A DNA stretch of 60,502 nucleotides, the filler included, from Sandaracinaceae bacterium (GTDB lineage Bacteria > Myxococcota_A > Polyangia > Polyangiales > JADJQN01), in the NCBI GenBank assembly GCA_947483975.1. It is 7 parts of 7 records of this genome, joined end to end, with 100 filler letters (N's around TTAATTAATTAA, not from the genome) between each part and the next. Parts side by side here need not be neighbours in the genome. Positions count along the whole stretch, not along the records: positions 52,059 to 60,502 come from CANKOL010000234.1; 6 more parts are not named here. One strand, 5' to 3'. Each line of letters opens with the position of its first letter. The first letter of the stretch is position 1. A program made the position numbers and the translations under genes. Below the pieces are notes generated by a model that was not told the origin of the DNA, ran no database searches, and was given only the letters and a program-made list of their open reading frames with translations. Below, one piece after another: positions 56,247 through 60,502 of this stretch.

Positions 56247-57923
56247 ATGAGCACGCGTGATCTCCGCCCGGCGGGACCGGTCGAATTGCTCGACCGCGCG
56301 CTGCTCGTCGCGCGCCGCGGCGGCTTCGCGCGGGCGGGGAGGGCGTGGCTCGCGGGCGCGGTGCCGGCGTGCGTCGTCGTCGGCATCTACTACCTCGAGC
56401 GCGTCGAGGGCGTGCGTGGCCTGCGACCGCTGTTCGGCGTCGGGCTCGTCGTCGCGTGGTGCCTGCGGGCGCTGCTGCTCTCGGGCGTCGCGCGGCGAGG
56501 CGCGCTCGCGCTCTGGGACGGCGTGCCGCTGTCCGCGGGCGCCGGGCGTCCGATCGACGTCGTGCGCACGGCGCTCGTCACGGGGCTCGGGCTCTGGGTG
56601 TGGGCGTGGCTGCTGGTGCTCGCGTCGCTCGGCGGGGCGCTCGGCGTCGTGCTCGTGCTGCCGCTGTTGTCGCTGCGCGGGGCCATCGCGCCGGCGTGGC
56701 TCGCGCGCGCCGCGTGCACGACGGACGCGGGCGTGCGCGGGTTCGTGCGCGCCGCTGCGGACAACTCCGAAATGCGCACCGTGGGCGTGCTGCTCGAGGC
56801 GCTCGTGCTCTTCGGCGCGCTCGGGCTGACCATCAACGTCTACGCGCTGCTCGCCGCGGGCGCGCTGCTCGGGCGCTCTTTCTTCGGCCTCGAGCTCGCG
56901 CTCGTCGACTCGTTCCTCTCGCCGGACAACGTGTTCGTGCTGCTCGGCGTCTTCCTCACCGCGCTCGTGCTGCTCGAGCCGCTCCGCGCCGCGCTCGCCG
57001 CCGTGCTCTTCGTCGACGCGCGCGTGCGGCAAGAGGGCCTCGACCTGCGCGCCGCCGTCGACGACGCGCTCGCCGGCAAGGCTGGCGCGCCTGGCAAGTC
57101 TCACGCGCGGGCGGCGCTCGTGCTCGTCGCGCTCGCCGTGCTCGGCGCGGGCACGGCGCACGCGCAGGACCCGGCGCACCCGCCGGCGCACCTTCCGCCC
57201 AGCGAGCTCACCGTCACCCCGCCCGCTGCGCCGACGAGCGACGCGCTCTCGACGTCCTTTTCCGAAGACGCCGCCGACACCGCGGCCCGCGCGCGCGTCG
57301 ACGATGTGCTCGCGCGCCCCGAGTTCCGTGAGTTCACCGACGCGCGCGGCAAGGCGATCCAAGACCTCTTCTCGCGGCTCCTCGAGTGGCTCTTTCGCCC
57401 GCGCGAGCCGACGCACACGCCGCAGCTGCCGATGTTCCACGTGCCGCTGCCGGGCGGCTGGTTCTTCATGCTGCTCGGGGGACTGCTCGTCGCGTCGGTG
57501 CTCGCGTATCTGCTGGCGACGCAGCTGCGAGGCGCGCGCGCTGCGCAGGCGAGCGCGGTCGCCTCGGTCACGACGAGCGATCTGCGGGAGCGCCCGCCCG
57601 AGCAGTTCCTCGACGACGCGGGCGTCCTCGCGCAGAGAGGCCAGCTGCGCGAGGCGCTCCGCGCGCTCTACCTCGCGACGCTCGTCGCGCTCGACCGCCG
57701 CCGCCTGATCACCTTCGACCCGCACCGCACGAACTGGGCGTATCTGCGCCAGATGCCGCGCGGCGAGGCGCGCACGCTCTTCGCGGACTTCACGCGCGTC
57801 TTCGATCACAAGTGGTACGGCGCCGAGCCGACGACGCAGGCGGACTACGAGGCGTGCCGCGCGCTCGCGACGCGCATCGTCGCGCAAGACGCCCCGCAAA
57901 GCCGCACGGAGGGCGCCGCGTGA
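56247..57923 (+). CDS. Multi-TM protein with C-terminal DUF4129-like domain
   Basis: About 8 TM; DARVRQEGLDL; REALRALYLATL…RTNWAY…F…FDHKWYG. Confidence 0.78.
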   Translation: MSTRDLRPAGPVELLDRALLVARRGGFARAGRAWLAGAVPACVVVGIYYLERVEGVRGLRPLFGVGLVVAWCLRALLLSGVARRGALALWDGVPLSAGAGRPIDVVRTALVTGLGLWVWAWLLVLASLGGALGVVLVLPLLSLRGAIAPAWLARAACTTDAGVRGFVRAAADNSEMRTVGVLLEALVLFGALGLTINVYALLAAGALLGRSFFGLELALVDSFLSPDNVFVLLGVFLTALVLLEPLRAALAAVLFVDARVRQEGLDLRAAVDDALAGKAGAPGKSHARAALVLVALAVLGAGTAHAQDPAHPPAHLPPSELTVTPPAAPTSDALSTSFSEDAADTAARARVDDVLARPEFREFTDARGKAIQDLFSRLLEWLFRPREPTHTPQLPMFHVPLPGGWFFMLLGGLLVASVLAYLLATQLRGARAAQASAVASVTTSDLRERPPEQFLDDAGVLAQRGQLREALRALYLATLVALDRRRLITFDPHRTNWAYLRQMPRGEARTLFADFTRVFDHKWYGAEPTTQADYEACRALATRIVAQDAPQSRTEGAA

Positions 57924-59239
57924 AGGTCGCTCGTCGCGTCGCCGTCGCGCTGCTCGTGCTCGTCGCCCTCGGCGCGGCCGGGCTCGTCTGTCAGCGCATC
58001 GCGGCGCGAGGGCGCTTCGCCGTCGCCTACTCGAGCTACGGCGCGGGGCCCGGCGGCTCGCGCGGGCTCTATCTGCTGACGGAGTCGCTCGGCCGCACGC
58101 CGCTCCGCTGGGCCGAGGACTTCGGCCGGCTGCCCGAGCGGAGCGTGCTCGTCGCGCTCGGCGGCTGTGAGCTGCTCTCGGCCCGCGAGGTGTCCCGCGA
58201 AGAAAAGCAGCGCCTCCTCGCGTGGGTGGAGCGCGGCGGCGTGCTCTTGGTGGCGGGCGCGCAGGACTACCTCTCGCCGGAGCTCGGCGTGACGCTCGAG
58301 CGGCCCGCGGGCGCGTGCCTGCCGCACGCTGGCCTCCTCGGCGCCCTCGTGCGCGCGACCGAGGACGGCGGACCTGGCGCGGAGCCCGTCGACGGCGGCG
58401 TGCCGACGGTCGAGCAGCTCGCGATGGACCCGGCCGCCGTGATCGCGCAGGCGACGGAGACCGACCCGCTGCCGCCCGTCGTCTGGGCGGGCAGCGTCGG
58501 CGCGCCGCTCGAGGGGCTCGGCGCCGTGCCGCTGCGCGACCCAGCGATCGTCGAGGTGAAGGACCTCGCGCACGCAGTCGTCGTGCTGCGCCTCGCGGAC
58601 GAGCGCGTCGCGGGCGTCGTCGTGCGCAAGGGGCACGGCGCCGTCATCGCCCTCGCGTCGGCGAGCCCGCTGCTCAACCGAGAGCTGCGCCTCGCGGACG
58701 GCGGGGCGCTCTATGCCCGCGTGCTGCGCGCGTTCCCGCGGCCGGGCCCAGTGATCTTCGACGAGTACCACCTCGGCGTCGGCGAGCGCCGCTCGCTCGT
58801 GCGCTACCTCGGCGACCTCGGCGCCGGACCGTTGCTGCTCCAACTACTCGTCGTCGCGCTGCTGGCGCTGTGGCGCCTCGGCGCGCGCTTCGGCGGCACC
58901 CGCCATCCGGTGCCGCTCGTGCCCGCGGGCACCGCGTCGTACGTCGCCGGGATCGCCGCGCTTTATGCGAAGGCGGGCGACCCCGTCGCGACCGCGACCG
59001 TGCTCGCGAAGCGCGCGCTCGTGCTCGTCGCGGCGCACCATCATCTGCCGCACAGCGACGCGGACCTGCTCGCCAAGGCGCTCGAGGAGCGCGGGCGCAA
59101 GCCCGAGGCGGCGCAAGTACGTCGCCTCGCGGAGCTCGCGGGGGCGCCCGTCGCGGGGGGCGCCGCGCTCGTCCGGCGCGCGAGAGAGATCGACGCGGCG
59201 CTCGCCGCCGCGACGCAGAAAGAGCACGGAGCGAGATGA
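57920..59239 (+). CDS. DUF4350-like membrane protein
   Basis: YSSYGAGPGGSRGLY, LLAWVERGGVLL, LNREL, VIFDEYH, RFG motifs; typical position upstream of moxR. Confidence 0.75.
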   Translation: MKVARRVAVALLVLVALGAAGLVCQRIAARGRFAVAYSSYGAGPGGSRGLYLLTESLGRTPLRWAEDFGRLPERSVLVALGGCELLSAREVSREEKQRLLAWVERGGVLLVAGAQDYLSPELGVTLERPAGACLPHAGLLGALVRATEDGGPGAEPVDGGVPTVEQLAMDPAAVIAQATETDPLPPVVWAGSVGAPLEGLGAVPLRDPAIVEVKDLAHAVVVLRLADERVAGVVVRKGHGAVIALASASPLLNRELRLADGGALYARVLRAFPRPGPVIFDEYHLGVGERRSLVRYLGDLGAGPLLLQLLVVALLALWRLGARFGGTRHPVPLVPAGTASYVAGIAALYAKAGDPVATATVLAKRALVLVAAHHHLPHSDADLLAKALEERGRKPEAAQVRRLAELAGAPVAGGAALVRRAREIDAALAAATQKEHGAR

Positions 59240-59267
59240 CCACTGCTCAGTCGGAAGGGGAGCGTCG

Positions 59268-60223
<956 letters not shown>

Positions 60224-60227
<4 letters not shown>

Positions 60228-60502
60228 GCGACTCGCGCATGTCGCCGGGCTCGCGGCTCGCGCCGTTCGCGGCGCTCGGTTTGCCGCTCGCGCTCGCGGG
60301 CGGCGGCAGCGCGCTCGGCGTCGCGGCGGCGCTCTCCTACGACGCGCTGCTCGTCGGCGCGGCGGCGCTCGAGGCGCGCTTGCTCGCGCGGCGCATGCCC
60401 GTCGCGACGCGCGTCCTCGACAATCGCCTCGTCGTCGGGAGCAAGAACCGCATCGTCGTGCGTCTGCACAACCCGACCTCGCGCGCGCTCCGCGTCACGG
60501 TG
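60224..60502 (+). CDS. Probable DUF58 protein N-terminus (truncated)
   Basis: ATGA overlap with moxR; two TM segments then R…RL.VG..N.I…L.N; the usual gene after moxR. Confidence 0.6.

Overview
This window is not one locus. It is seven unrelated contigs of about 8.4-8.6 kb, in descending length order, joined by artificial 100-nt N/TTAATTAATTAA spacers, so gene neighbourhoods are only meaningful within a contig. The DNA is very GC-rich. Gene content (FHA-sigma54 activator, Ser/Thr kinase-STAND-WD40, many Cys-rich lipoproteins with CG-DD/DAG linkers) suggests a Myxococcota (Polyangiales/Sandaracinus-like) genome bin; that is inference. Recognisable genes include rel/spoT, dam, a folB-cupin fusion, maf, yggS, proC, prmC, rutE, dsbA/tlpA, GH92, ADP-ribosylglycohydrolase, a DTW protein and a MoxR operon. 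The most notable observations are: (1) the 3' end of a group II intron whose last bases form the ATG, and whose domain VI carries an SD-like AGGA, for a downstream lipoprotein gene; (2) short tandem duplications that repeatedly include a gene's stop codon; (3) TAnnnT (-10-like) boxes 6-11 nt before at least 13 start codons, suggesting leaderless or near-leaderless transcription; (4) an RHH-like regulator with phased palindromic operators facing two tandem integrin-like lipoprotein genes; (5) a lower-GC WD40 block inside a kinase-STAND gene; (6) several degenerate (pseudo) signalling proteins. All family calls come from motif recognition by eye; no database searches were run.
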